Shown here in pieces: positions 38,133-50,478 of a stretch of 64,000 nucleotides of DNA (its first letter is position 1; each line of letters begins with the position of its first letter). The notes beneath the pieces are model-generated. The model was not told where the DNA came from. It searched no databases and was given only the letters and a program-made list of their open reading frames with translations. A program made the position numbers and the translations under genes. The DNA is taken from assembly GCA_965113315.1 (NCBI GenBank), contig OZ220363.1, one strand, 5' to 3'. The DNA is from Podarcis vaucheri. Lineage: Eukaryota.

Positions 38133-40689
38133 TCCACACCTGTCTTTGGATTCAAGGTCAAACTGTCAAATGTTCCATGGGAAAGACCGGCCTCAAAGTA
38201 GATAACCAAACCGCAGAGAGTCAAAACAAAGTTAGTTCTCAGGAATTTGTAAATCCCAAACTCCACTAGAGGGAGTATTGTTACAGTTCAGGAAAGAAGG
38301 AATAAAGTTTTGGTCGCCATTAAAGTTCCTGCAGCTGAATAAGTTAACAATAATCCTTAAAAACTTTTTTCCACTTGCAGAGCCCTTTCAATGTTACCAC
38401 GATAGTCCCATCTGAAGGTGCAAGATACAGTTGCTTAATTGTATCTTCCAATAATGCCTCTATGTATCCATTTCAACTTTATAAATGTATCCGCAAAGCA
38501 ACCCTTTTCCCCCTGCCGGTCCGGGACTGGGTTTTTTAAAGTTTTTAGAATCCACAAGAGGAGAAGGTCTCCAAGTTAAATCAACACAGTAACATAGTGA
38601 AAAAAGAAGGCTTGCCTTTCCTTTCAGTTGCTAGCTCCGCCAGACGCATGATACTTCCCGTTTTAAAATCCCTTTCAATTGCTCCCAGCTTGTCTGTTCC
38701 TTTGCCTTTGATCTCTAAGCGCTACCGGGAGACGGACTTCCTTTTTCTCGTCTCTCGCTTTCAGCCAAATTTCCAATTTGCAGTTCCAAATTAAAACCCT
38801 TCTTACTCACGAGTAGGTGGTTTAGAGTCCAATGCTTAAGGAAGAAAGGTCGGCGCTCATCAGCAACAGCCGCGCGGCTTCGCTCCCGCAGAAAGAGCGA
38901 TGTACTCTCAGCACCGCTTCCCCTCCGCGCTTCCGGAGCCCCTTACGGGGTCCCTTCTTCGTTTTGGGGGTCGCTCCAGGTGCCCGCCGAGTCCCACGGC
39001 CACGAGCTCACTCTGCTCGTGGTTTTTCTTGGTGGATCGTCGCTGTGCCGTAGCGAACGATCCTTTCCTGCGGAGCCCCTCTTCAGAGACTGAAGAGGAC
39101 CGCCATTGCCCGTTTCGCGCCGCCTCCGGAAACTTAGGGAGCCTAGCTGAAGCCCTGCTACCCAACTGCTAAGGCGTAGCAAGCCTGGGAAAGGTGAAGT
39201 ACTCATCCAGGGAGTACCTCAGCAGCCAGCTCCAGCTACCGGCTTGTTGCAGGCGATTGATAGTGACTCTCCTCTTTCCCTTCCTCAGAGAACCACTGAT
39301 CTGCTCTTCTTCAATGAATAATTGTAAAGTCATACTACTTCTTTACTGATGAACATGGGGTTGTTCCCTATGAGCATTTGGTAAGACCTTTCAAGACTGA
39401 AATCTGAGCACATCTCCCTTCCAAAATGAAATGTGATAAAAACAATCCAACTGTGACTAAAATAAGAACAAAATACAAGAAAAACTCAATCCTTCTACAT
39501 TTTAAAATATATTAGGTGAATCTTTTTTAAATCTCCCTGGGGCTTTAAATATTTGAGGATTTAATTGAGCGGATGCACAAAAATTTAAGGAAAACGGTTC
39601 TGTGGTGTTTCTCAAGCTCCCCTGGCACCAGATGGGGAACTCTTTTTACAGTTCATCTACCTTAAATAGGAAGCATTGGTTGCCTAACTACTTACCCACT
39701 TTATGTTTATATTTCAGTTTCACAGGATTCATTGTAGAAATAGGATACTTTAGTGACCAATTCATTTGAAATGTCTGCCAGAGCCATTTTTATAACATAA
39801 GGTTTACTTCCCCCCCAGGGTACTTGTTTGCCCAGAGATAATTCTCCTGTCTCAAAAAGATAATGTTACTTAACCCCACTTTTTAGCTAGAGTGGCTTCC
39901 CATGAAGCAGAAAGAAATTACAATGGTTCAAAATAATTTAAAGCGGAACAACACTGAAAAGTACTAAGAGTTCTTTTTCCCAACATGGAAATTTGCTGAA
40001 CTATGCACATACTGCCAATAGACATTCATGCTCGCATGCACATGTTGTCATGCACATGCATGCTTTCAAACAGAGATTAAATTTGGTACCCCAACCCCCC
40101 CCCCAATAGCAATGACTCTGAGTTATCCTCATCCAGATACCTGCCCTGTCATAACTGGAGGAGATGGGTACTGAGAATGCCATTTTCCAGTGATTCAGTT
40201 CCTATCTGGCTGACTAGTTTTAGAACATTTTACAAGGGGGCCACTTTTTTCCTCCTTGGCTTGTATACTACGGAGTTCTGCAAGCTTCCCTAATGTCCTC
40301 CATGCTATCTAACATGAAAATGGAAGAGTGTGTCCAGAGATTGAGGGTGAAATGTCACCACAGCTGTCTCTTTCAATTCCATCTACTTCAAGTGAGGCTG
40401 CTGAGGTCCTAAACAGTTGTCAGAAATCATTAATGGGAAGGGTGGAGGGGCAATAAACTGAAGCTCAATCCGGAGAAGAGAGGCACCATTAGATGGTGAT
40501 ATAGTTGACAAAGGAATTGGAGTTCAACCCATTCTAAATCAGGGTCACATTACCCATGAAATACTAGGTTTGAATCTATTTCTTTAGAGGGGTAGTAATA
40601 GTCAGCTTTGTGGATAACTGATCAGATATCTTTGGTGGTCCGTAGCAGTTATCAGCTGCTGCCGATTCTCCATATGTGGCTACTCTTGA

Positions 40690-41050
40690 AAAAGGTGAGC
40701 TGACTACACTAATTCATACCCTGGTAATACCTACTAGCCAGGACTACTATTATGGGGCTAATACTAGATTACTGCTACACAGGGCTGCCTTTGAATACTG
40801 TCAAGAAACTTAAAACTGGTACAAAATACAGCAGATAGGTTGCCAATTGGGTCAAGCATTTGGGAGCATACCTTGCTAGTTCTAAAAGAACTACACTGAT
40901 TGCCTGTCCGTTCCCAGGCTTTAAGGAACAGGTGTTGGTGTTCCTTTAAAACCCTAAACAGCCTTGAACCTGGATCCATGCAGAACTACCTATGGTAATC
41001 TGTTTCCACACAAAACTGTCCAACCGTTACACTTGTCTTCAGAGACCCTG
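40690..41050 (+). mobile_element. Old L2 ORF2 fragment
   Basis: Decayed coding signature (..GLPLNTVKKLKLVQNTA..LKELH*LPV..). Confidence 0.7.
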
Positions 41051-42237
41051 ATGTTTCAGCAACAAGCTATTCAGTAATTATATCAATTCAAATTAGAATG
41101 CATTTAGTAGGTGCATAATATTCAGAGTTGGTTTGAGAATTCTCAATGCTAAACTGAATCTGAATTTAGAATGACAATCCAAATGCAAACAAAACTGGCA
41201 GGGAGACAGAAAGGGGGACTTACATGCTGAGATTGAGCACATAGACACGCCAGAATTCTTAAAACATGGAGAAGGGCTTTAAAAGTGCCAATATAGGGGA
41301 AATGGTCTTATCTGGGAAGCAGATCATGATCAACAGACAAAATTCAAGGGTACAGCAACCCATGTTTCCTTACTGAGCAATTCAACACTAAAAATGGAAG
41401 TTTGACTACTAAGTGTAAAGTAAAAAACAACATGTAGACTTAAAAAAGAAAATCTCAAATTGTTTCAGGTTTCATACTATTCCATTACATAGTATGAACT
41501 TTTTTTCAGATACCTAGTCATAATTCCAACTTTTGAAAATAACTACTTCAGAATTAAGTTTTACCTGATCTGTGAACTTTAGCTGAAAAGTCTTCAATTA
41601 TTATTTTTTTAAAAAAGCTTTACAAATATGCTAACTAGCTGCAGCAATATTACGGCTATTACTTTGGGAACATCTGATAATGATATATTTCTGATGCAGT
41701 CTTACTGCTGACCAAGCTGCTCACTCAGTAGTATTTTGGCTAAGGTAACTAAAACATTTAAGAAATAGACATCATAGCAAGAAGAGTAACTAAAAACAGA
41801 GGGAAGAGGAATTGAGATTTCAGTAGATTCAAAACACTTGATGCCGCGGGGGGGGGGCTGGCTTTTCACCCCACTATTTCCCCCATAAACACTCTGGTGG
41901 CATTTCTCAAACTTCTCTTGTCCTTCCCTAAAACAAAAGTTAAGCTTAGAATGGTTAATATCAAAAAGCTTGTGACAAGTATCACCAAAGAGTTTTGAAT
42001 CAAAACACATATAAAAGAACAAAATTTGACAATGCTGACTGGGAAGATTAAACCAGTCAAAGTGAACTTGCAGCTGGGCAAGCAAATGCATGTGTGGTCA
42101 ACGCAGCAGACAGAAGGAAATTACCAGTTCCATAAAGCTTTCTCTCCAAATAAAATTTAAAAAATACTAATAAAGATGAATAACCATATAATATCTGCAG
42201 TTTTCTAGCACTGGATGCTGATGCTAATATGGCACCT

Positions 42238-42391
42238 AGGGTAGGGCCACAGTTCAGTGGCAGACCATGTGTTTTGCATGTGAAAGGTCCCAGGTAGGAC
42301 TGGAAAGGACTCCTGCCTAAAACCCTAGAGAGCCTTTGTTGACAAAACTATGCCAGACGGACCATTAGTCTAAGTATAAGGCAGCTTCCTG
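42238..42391 (+). mobile_element. Old tRNA-derived SINE
   Basis: gccacagttcagtggcagaccatgtgttttgcatgtgaaaggtcccagg...tataaggcagcttcct. Confidence 0.7.
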
Positions 42392-42697
42392 TTAAACAAG
42401 CAGAACTGGTAAAGACACCAGGTAATCCAAATACTTCAACCCACATACATTCTCACATTGAACACAGGGACAGGCACCAAGCTATAGGCTTCGTCTTGGC
42501 ATGCATTTATAGCCTCCAGTTACTCCAATGTCTGTCTTTGCTCAATAGAGCATTTCATCAATATGAACATTCATCAAAAGGTACTTTGACCCTTACTTAA
42601 TGAGGTATGGAGTTGGGTGTCAAGTATATGGATGACACCAAACTCAAAAACTCTGGATGATCTCTCCCAGCTGCTAATTAGAAGTACTACTATACAC

Positions 42698-42887
42698 CAG
42701 GGGTTCCCAAGTGGAGGTCTGCAATCTACATTTGGATGGGCCATGCTGTGTTTATAAAAATACAATTAAAAATCACACTGTATGTCACATGGTATGCTTG
42801 CTACTACCAGCAGAAAAAGTATTAAGTGATCTACCAAGACCCTCAACTATTTTCACATGGTGGGAGGGGAGAATTTGGGAACCACTG
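42698..42887. mobile_element. hAT MITE
   Basis: caggggttcccaa / ttgggaaccactg; perfect 8-bp TSD ctatacac. Confidence 0.88.
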
Positions 42888-42929
42888 CTATACACCAACT
42901 TACATGTGGAAACACCTTCTTATCAAAAT

Positions 42930-43020
42930 AATGATACCACTGGAGAGCAAACCTGCCCATCCCAAAACCAGGATTTAAGCCAGACTGAAAGGGATTGATG
43001 AAGTCATCCAAGAACACTAC
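42930..43020 (-). mobile_element. L2 RT fragment
   Basis: Minus-strand translation 'FLDDFINPFQSGLNPGFG' resembles the L2 'LDPFQSGFRPG' motif. Confidence 0.55.
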
Positions 43021-43079
43021 GAAATGATCTGCCACCAGTCACTCCAGAATGGAAGGCCTCTGACTAGATCCACCTTGTT

Positions 43080-43082
<3 letters not shown>

Positions 43083-43118
<36 letters not shown>
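43083..43118 (+). repeat. (TG)n microsatellite
   Basis: Perfect dinucleotide run. Confidence 0.95.
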
Positions 43119-43119
<1 letters not shown>

Positions 43120-43176
43120 CAGAAGGGGATGGATTGCTTACCTCATTTCAAACAGGATTTACAGTACAAGGATTTA

Positions 43177-43308
43177 CAGGGAGCTCCCCATTTATATGGG
43201 TGTTGCGCTCTGAGGCACCGTGTGCATCAGTGGAACACACGTAAGTCTAGCCCCGCCCAACCCCCTTGTGGTGCTGAGAACAGCTTGTGTGCAAATCGGG
43301 AGTGCCTG
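43177..43308. mobile_element. Small Tc1/mariner MITE
   Basis: cagggagctcccca / tcgggagtgcctg, TA on both sides; abuts the next MITE. Confidence 0.6.
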
Positions 43309-43310
43309 TA

Positions 43311-43520
43311 CAGTGGTACCTCGGGTTAAGAACTTAATTCGTTCTGGAGGTCCGTTCTTAACCTAAAACTGTTCTTAACCTGAGGTACCACTTCAGCTAA
43401 TGGGGCCTCCCGCTGCGCCACCGCCGTGCAATTTTTGTTCTTGTCTGAAGCAAAGTTCTTAACCCAAGGTACTATTTCGGAGTCTGTAACCTGAAGCGTC
43501 TGTAACCCAAGGTACCACTG
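43311..43520. mobile_element. Tigger/pogo-type MITE (opposite orientation to 5406)
   Basis: TIRs, TA TSD. Confidence 0.9.
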
Positions 43521-44486
43521 TATTCATAGTTCTAACCAGCGGTCAAGAAAAGATCCTCTTCAACTTCATCAATCACAGGATTTAAAAATACAAGTAAAAG
43601 AAGTCACAATAAACAGCACCTTGTCAACATCATCAAGGGGTAAAGGATAAACTCAGTATCAATAGCAGCATCCATCAGATTGAACAGAAGTGTGTGTGCT
43701 CCTAGACTCATAAAGTTATAGAAGATGGAAGAGCAGAGGAAGTAGTAAATAGCAAACATTCTTTTAAAATAAGAAATCTACAAACTTTTTAGTCTTAAAA
43801 ATTTGGCCTGTAGTCACATTTGTTGTGTTTTCCAAAAATGTGGTGTAAATGAGCCTATTAAATTCATGCTATTGATAAAGGCAAGACACAAAACCCGCAC
43901 CCGCCCCCCAAAATGAGAGGGGCTCACAAATGTTTCACCACATTTTTGCTGAGTTCATTGAACAAAATTCCAAACCCTGAAATATCTACAAATGCTTGTC
44001 ACATATCCAGTGCGTATCACTCAACGTTCTCAAACACTAACAAGAGTTCCTTTAAGATGGGGGGAAAAATCTTAAAAGGAAGCAAGAACTGATGAACCAT
44101 TTGTTCTAGTTAATTTTGTCATCAGTAAACATTTTCAGAGCTTAGCCCTATGGGCATGTTGAAATCAAACTAAAAAGATTAACTCGGAAGACAAAACGAA
44201 GAACCAGTGGCCACACCTACGCAAGAGCCTGGCAGGGGAAGAGTGTCTTCTCAAAGCAGCTCACTTTTTTTTATTCCTTTGTAGTTTTTAATCCCTGGCC
44301 AAATCAGTTTTATTTCTTCCTAATCTCTCTGATCATTATTAATTCCAGTGCTTTAACATTCACACCTTCCTCTTTCATTTCCCTTCTATGACGGCATCAA
44401 AAAGTTATGAGTTTTTTTAACGCTTGGCATTTAAGACTGAATGTGCTTTAGTATGCTCCTTCAAATATTACAGTAGTAAAGCTTTA

Positions 44487-44968
44487 CCGTATTTAAAGGT
44501 AAAGGTACCCCTGACCGTTAGGCCCAGTCACGGACGACTCTGGGGTTGCGGCGCTCATCTCACTCTATAGGCCGAGGAAGCCGACGTTTGTCCACAGACA
44601 GTTTTTCCAGGTCATGTGGCCAGCATGACTAAGCCGCTTCTCGCGAACCAGAGCAGCGCACGGAAATGCCATTTACCTTCCTGCCGGAGAGGTACCTATT
44701 TATCTACTTGTACTTTGACATGAATTCAAACTGCTAGGTGGGCAGGAGCTGGGACCGAACAACGGAAACTCACCCCATCGCGAGGATTCAAACTGCCAAC
44801 CTTCTGATCAGCAAGCCCTAGGCTCAGTGGTTTAGATCACAGCGCTACCCGCGTCCCCTACCCACCATATTTACTTGAGTCTAATGTGCACCTTTCTTGG
44901 CCAGATTACACTGCAAAAATTAAAGTGTGCATTAGATTCGATGGCGCATTATATTTGAGTAAATATGG
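44487..44968. mobile_element. Tc2-type MITE split at its left TIR
   Basis: ccgtattta (44487) resumes as ccatatttacttgag at 44865 and ends gagtaaatatgg-TA. Related to 57970. Confidence 0.75.
44494..44857 (-). mobile_element. Sauria SINE inserted in a MITE terminus
   Basis: taaaggtaaaggt tail ... cccgcgtccc head; TSD accgtattta / accatattta. Confidence 0.92.
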
Positions 44969-45734
44969 TAGTTTTGCAGACCAGGATTGAACATGCCTCA
45001 GTCCCGAATGACCTCTCCCTGAGACTTCTCCCCTCACATGCAAAAAAGAGAGTGCAAACCAAAACTTCACACTTGCTCATCTTCATCACAACACCCCTTT
45101 TGTGATATCTGAACCAAATTGATGGGGTGCAGTTCCTTTTCAGGCACCATAGTTTCCATCAGTTGCTTTACAGTGTTTTCTCCATATCAATAAATACCAT
45201 ATGAAATGGTAGCCTCTTCCTTCAAGTAAGCAGTCTAAATGCACCAGTATTTGTGTATTTTTACTCCTAAAACCATGCTAGTTTTCATTTATTGCTGCCT
45301 TAATCTTGGAGGGTCAATCCTCACAACTTTATTTGATGTCAGTTTTAGTCCTCAATATTTCATCTTTATAGTCCCTTCAGTTGTCTGTTAAATACTTTCC
45401 TCTTCCAACTAGCTTTCTAAGTGGAGACCCCCTGCATTTAATTTAAAGCTTCCCCCATCTTCTTTGCTTCCCATTATAATTTCTACCAGTAAACTTTGAT
45501 CCTCCAAAACTATCACTCTCAATAGCCTAAAGATTGCTTATGCTCTTTAAAATGACTCTGTCCAATCTCCAATGAATGGAATTCCCTCCCTGAACATCTT
45601 CATGGTGCTACTTGCCCCTCTTCAAATCCATTCTCATAACCCAGCTTCTTCACAGGAGCCTTTAGTTTAACCACTTAATATTTGCTCCATGAGCAATTTT
45701 GCTAGGCATGGCCTGAAGCTGCATGAGGCCACGA

Positions 45735-45850
45735 CCTAAGCAGGTCCCAGTCAGGTCCATGCCTTGATGGGAGACAACCTGGGACCCACAAATATGTTGC
45801 CTTGGGGATTACATGGTGGAAGAAAGGCAGGATATAAATTTAAGAAATAA
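45735..45850 (+). mobile_element. 5S rRNA-derived SINE remnant
   Basis: ctaagcaggt...ttgatgggagacaacctggga resembles the 5S A/C-box region; followed by gaaaggcaggatataaat, an L2-like tail. Confidence 0.55.
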
Positions 45851-47019
45851 GGAAACAAGTACTTAAAAGCCACAGGGCAGAGGTGCATGGCAGAAATACT
45901 TGATGCACATGTTAATTTATATGTGTAGATGCTTCTGAGCAAATTAAGATGGTGGGTTTCTGGGGTCTCAGCAGCACTGCACTGAGGCCCACCTAGTCCA
46001 TGTAAATATTCATGATGGATGAAATGGTTTTTTAAAAATCCCTTTCTTTCACAACTCTAAGGAGATCTGCTCAGAAGAACTGTGATTTACTGTTCCTATT
46101 GCCATAAGGTTGGGAACGTTTTTACTGGCCTTGCTCCTGTGGTTTTAACAGTTGCCTGACACACAGAGATTTAGTAGGTGAAGCTTTTCCTGGCACAGAG
46201 ATGGAGAGATGGTCTTTAAGGATTCAAGCTAATTAATAAACTGGGAATCAAAGGCAACCAAAGAAACAAATGCTATAAAATTGAGGGAAAATAGCAAAAT
46301 TGGAGAAATGCCAGAAAGAAAAGAGCTAAAAAAGAATGCTTCAACTGATAATAAGTTTATGAGACTGGTAAAGTGTGTTCATACTGGTACACTGTGAAAT
46401 AAAAGAAGGTCCCAAAATTTCTTGAAGAAAGTGGAGGCAAAAAAAACACAACCCACCTCTTTTATCAGGCCTAAGAAATGAGTGCAATTGAGCTATATAG
46501 AGTGACAGCATGGTGATTCAGAGCTCACATCATTAATTAAGATAAACCAGATCAAAGGAAGAAAATCTGTGCAGGGAGTACCAGTTCCTCTCTCTTAATT
46601 ATTCCATCTGAAATGGCATAGGACCCTAGGGCTCCCCTAAGAACTTTACTTTCACATTCCAGACTTGTTCAGCTATGGCTGAAATAAGCAGCTGTGGAAG
46701 GCTGTGTAGAAATAATAGTATGCACATACCGAGAAAGCCCCCTTGTGTACCCGATATGCACACATGTAGTCAGATGGCAGAATGAACCTACAAATTTACC
46801 TTATATCATTGGTCGATTCAGCACAGTACAGTCCACTCTGACTAAAAGCTGCTATCCCAGATCTCAGGCAGAAATATTTCCTAGCACTGCTTCCCCAAAT
46901 CCTACTAACACATGGATGGATGTGCTGGGCTCCAACTCCTATCTGCCCCAGACAACATGGTTAATAGTCAGAGATGATGGGAGACATAATACTCATTCCA
47001 TATTCGTAAGAACTCAACT

Positions 47020-47490
47020 GATTACTGTGGCAGATCCTACACTTTGGAACTCTCGGCCTATTGAGATCAAGCAGGCACCTTCACTGTACTCTTTTTGGTA
47101 CCTGCTAAAAACATTACTGTGTAGACAAGCCTACCCAGATGCTTAGAATATTGAGGTAATTCTAACTGGTTTTAGTACAGTGGTGCCTCGGGTTACAGAC
47201 GCTTCAGGTTACAGACTCCGCTAACCCAGAAATAGTAACTCGAGTTAAGAACTTTGCTTCAGGATGAGAACAGAAATCATGCTCCGGCGGCGGCAGCAGG
47301 AGGCCCCATTAGCTAAAGTGGTACCTCAGGTTAAGAACAGTTTCAGGTTAAGGATGGACCTCCAGAACAAATTAAGTTCTTAACCCGAGGTACCGCTGTA
47401 TTTTATTTTGTGTGTGTTTTACAGTAGAGTTGTGATGTTTTTCTTACAATCAAATGATGTATATACATTTTATGTAAACAAACAAACAAA
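47020..47490 (+). mobile_element. L2 3' fragment interrupted by a MITE
   Basis: Translation 'PTLWNSRPIEIKQAPSLYSFWYLLKTLL'; (AAAC)n tail at ~47477-47490. Confidence 0.65.
47178..47398. mobile_element. Tigger/pogo-type MITE
   Basis: TIRs, TA TSD; same subfamily as 5406. Confidence 0.9.
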
Positions 47491-47901
47491 GTAGCTCTAC
47501 AATATCTAGTCCTCCATCTCTATTTTAGTGGGAGATTTCAGGGGTTGATGCTGGACTTTCTTCAAGGAAAGCATGTGCTCCATTATTTGACCTCTGCCAT
47601 AAAGAGGTCCCCACACATGGTTGATATGGTAAATAAAACATTCTGGTTGCATTTTTTTAAGTGGAAATCCAGACAATGGAGGTTGCAAATTTGATTGGAG
47701 CAGTAGAAAAGCTGGGGGACATTTAAGTGTGTCTTCCCCCAGAGCTGCTTTTTTCTGATAAAAAAAAATCCCCTTGACCATCATTTGTCCCACAGTAAGC
47801 CTGTATCCCAGCACCTCAACGCAAGCAGTAGCCAGGAAAGGAAGAGCTGAGCAAAAAAACAGGTCAGGAAGAAAAGGGTTTAATACCATTAAAAAAACAA
47901 A

Positions 47902-47942
<41 letters not shown>

Positions 47943-47948
47943 AACACA
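47902..47948 (+). repeat. (CA)n microsatellite
   Basis: Interrupted dinucleotide run. Confidence 0.9.
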
Positions 47949-50253
47949 CCACACTGAGACAAATAAAACTTTGGCGGATCCAAAGTTTGGCTCAGAATCA
48001 AAGAACAGTCTTTTTAAGGTACAAAAGAAAGGTTTGAGACCAGTTCAGAACTTAAAGCCCCCATGTGGAGGCTGCCACAAATGCTTCCAAATGAGGACAA
48101 TGTTGATATAGGGGTTGCTACAAAAAGTAGATTAATCATGAGAAATTCCACACCAGCCTCAGTGTTCAAAGGGAGTGCTCAGTTCAATGCCAATGGAGTT
48201 GCTCTTCACACAATCAGGCCAGTCCACATGGTGGACAACTTACAAACATTGCAAACCCATGTAGAACAATAAGCACCGCACAGCCGTGGTTTTGGTGTTT
48301 TTATTCAGGGCCCACAATTGAATTGGATGTTATTAACTTCTGTACTAACTCCTTAACACATATAATGACCAGGATCCAAAGCAGAGTCCACCAATGCTTT
48401 TCAATCCATGCTTCCTGCTGCAGCTTTTCACACACTATGAAAAGCCATTATTGAGGATTTGGGAAATCGCTGGAACAACATCCAACGCACAGTGAGAAGC
48501 TGCAGTGGAAAGAGAAAACTGGCAGAACTGGCACCTCCAGGCACCTACACTGAAATGTTTTGGTCATGTATACAGAGATTCTTCTCCTGCTGTATGTTTT
48601 ATTTACAACCCTGAGTTAGAGAAAGAAATCTTTTTACCTTGTTTGGGAAACAACACAAAAGTTGGACATTCTTTGGCTTCTCAAGCTGGGCCTTGGGTAG
48701 ATGAAAAAGTAAAATGTTTATTGTAGCCTTGTGCATAAGCTCACAGAAGTTACTAGCATGCAGAAAAACAATAAATTATTAGGCTGCTAAGAGGTCAGTA
48801 TCCTGGGTTTCCATACTGATAGCTGAAGAGGGAAAGTCCTCTCCTTCTGTGGCCACCATGGAAACACAGGATTCCAGTTTCTTAGCAAATTGACTTTTAA
48901 AAATCCCTTTTATTAAGAGGATGGTGTTAGAGGGTCAGCTTTCCTACTTCCATGATCTGGACAGACCGTCAACTAGTGAAGGAGAAACAGAGAGATTCAT
49001 CCTTCCTCCAGGACCCCATTTACACACCTGGAGTATCTTGCTTCCTATGGCTACGAGGCAAGCTGTTAAATGCAGGGCTGTTTTATTCTATATTGCCCCA
49101 GTTAACCAAATAGACTCATACAATAACCTGGATAGTTGAGCAATCTTAATGATAACAGGGGGAAAGCATCCAGAAAAATAGTAAAAGCAAAGAAAATTCC
49201 TAAACTATTTACATTTGTTGACATTCATACAAAAGGTAGAAAGTAATACAGATCACATAACATAAGCAACATTATTATAAACTTTAAAAAGAATTAAGAC
49301 TGAATAGTCAAAAGAAGACTAAGAAATTCAGACCAGTCACCACAGCACGCCACTGCCGAGATGAACAACCCTTTACATTTGATAGCCACAGAAAAGCTTT
49401 GAAAAATGAAAAGGCACCACAATGAAAAACCTTTAGAATCTCTTTGTTCACACTTAGTTAACAGAAATACTTTCAAAGTAGGCAGAACCTAATATAAGAA
49501 AAGCTGGTGTATATTACAAAGGATTACAAATCAATCCATTCCACTTTGTTTTGCGATTTTGAGAAATTCATATTAGAGAAAGTGTGGCCACTGTTAAGCA
49601 AGTCAGAAAGACCAGGAAATGAAGCAAGAAAAAATAAATGAAAGAAACTGATTGAAAGAACAGATTACAATTGCAAGGCAAATATTTGGCAGGCTTTAAA
49701 AGGGAAATACACAGATAAATTGCACCAATATATTTATGGTTCCAACTGATCATGTATTACATTTTAAGAGACCAATGGAGCATAAAACCAAGGGCTGAGA
49801 ATAGAGGTTTGTTTTGGAGCGGGAAACATCTAGACTGCTTATCTTATCAAAAGCGTAAGCTTTCCAGTTTCTTTGCTGATGAAATATTGCCTACTCAAAA
49901 ATAGTATGCCTCAGCGCTTAACCAGCTTTAAATCTCTTTTCCATGTGCATAACCAAGAATAAAGCGCCACCTACAGTGTCTGTACTTCAGTTCAGTATCA
50001 GTGCTAAGAAGGAAGTGCAGCTAATCTGGGAACACGGAGCAGAAGTAATACGTAGTTTTATGACAATAACTCCCACCTCACTAAATATTTTATGTTTCAA
50101 GATTTCAGCCTTCACATTAAATTGAATAAATGGACCGCGCAGTTTCAGGCACCATTCGCCAAAAGCTATATATGGCCAAGTAACTTAACCTGTTAACTGA
50201 GGGCCTAGGCCACTTCACACATCACTTCCTAGGACTTATTTTCGCTTGCTGTA

Positions 50254-50478
50254 CAGTGGTACCTCTAGTTACGAACTTAATTCGTTCCGGAGATCTGTTC
50301 TTAACCTGAAACGGTTCTTAACTAGAGGCGTGCTTTCGCCAATGGGGCCTCTTGCTGTCGCTGTGCCGCCAGCACACGATTTCGGTTCTCATCCTTAGGA
50401 AAAGTTCTCAACTCAAGGTAACTCTTCCAGGTTAGCGGAGTTTGTAACCTGAAGCGTTTGTAACTCGAGGTACCACTG
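50254..50478. mobile_element. Tigger/pogo-type MITE
   Basis: TIRs, TA TSD. Confidence 0.9.

Larger units (their letters stand above)
32931..39133 (-). mobile_element. Full-length L1-clade LINE (~6.2 kb)
   Basis: On the minus strand: GC/CpG-rich 5' end (~38830-39133), ~1 kb 5'UTR, ORF1, 24-nt spacer, ORF2 and ~375-nt 3'UTR. AATAAA (tttatt at 32954-32959) precedes an 11-nt A tail (T-run 32934-32944). The 5' boundary is approximate. Confidence 0.95.

Noticed and set aside
34142-38269. Plus-strand ORFs antisense to L1
   Set aside because: Shadow frames of ORF1/ORF2; no independent support for an ORF0-like product.
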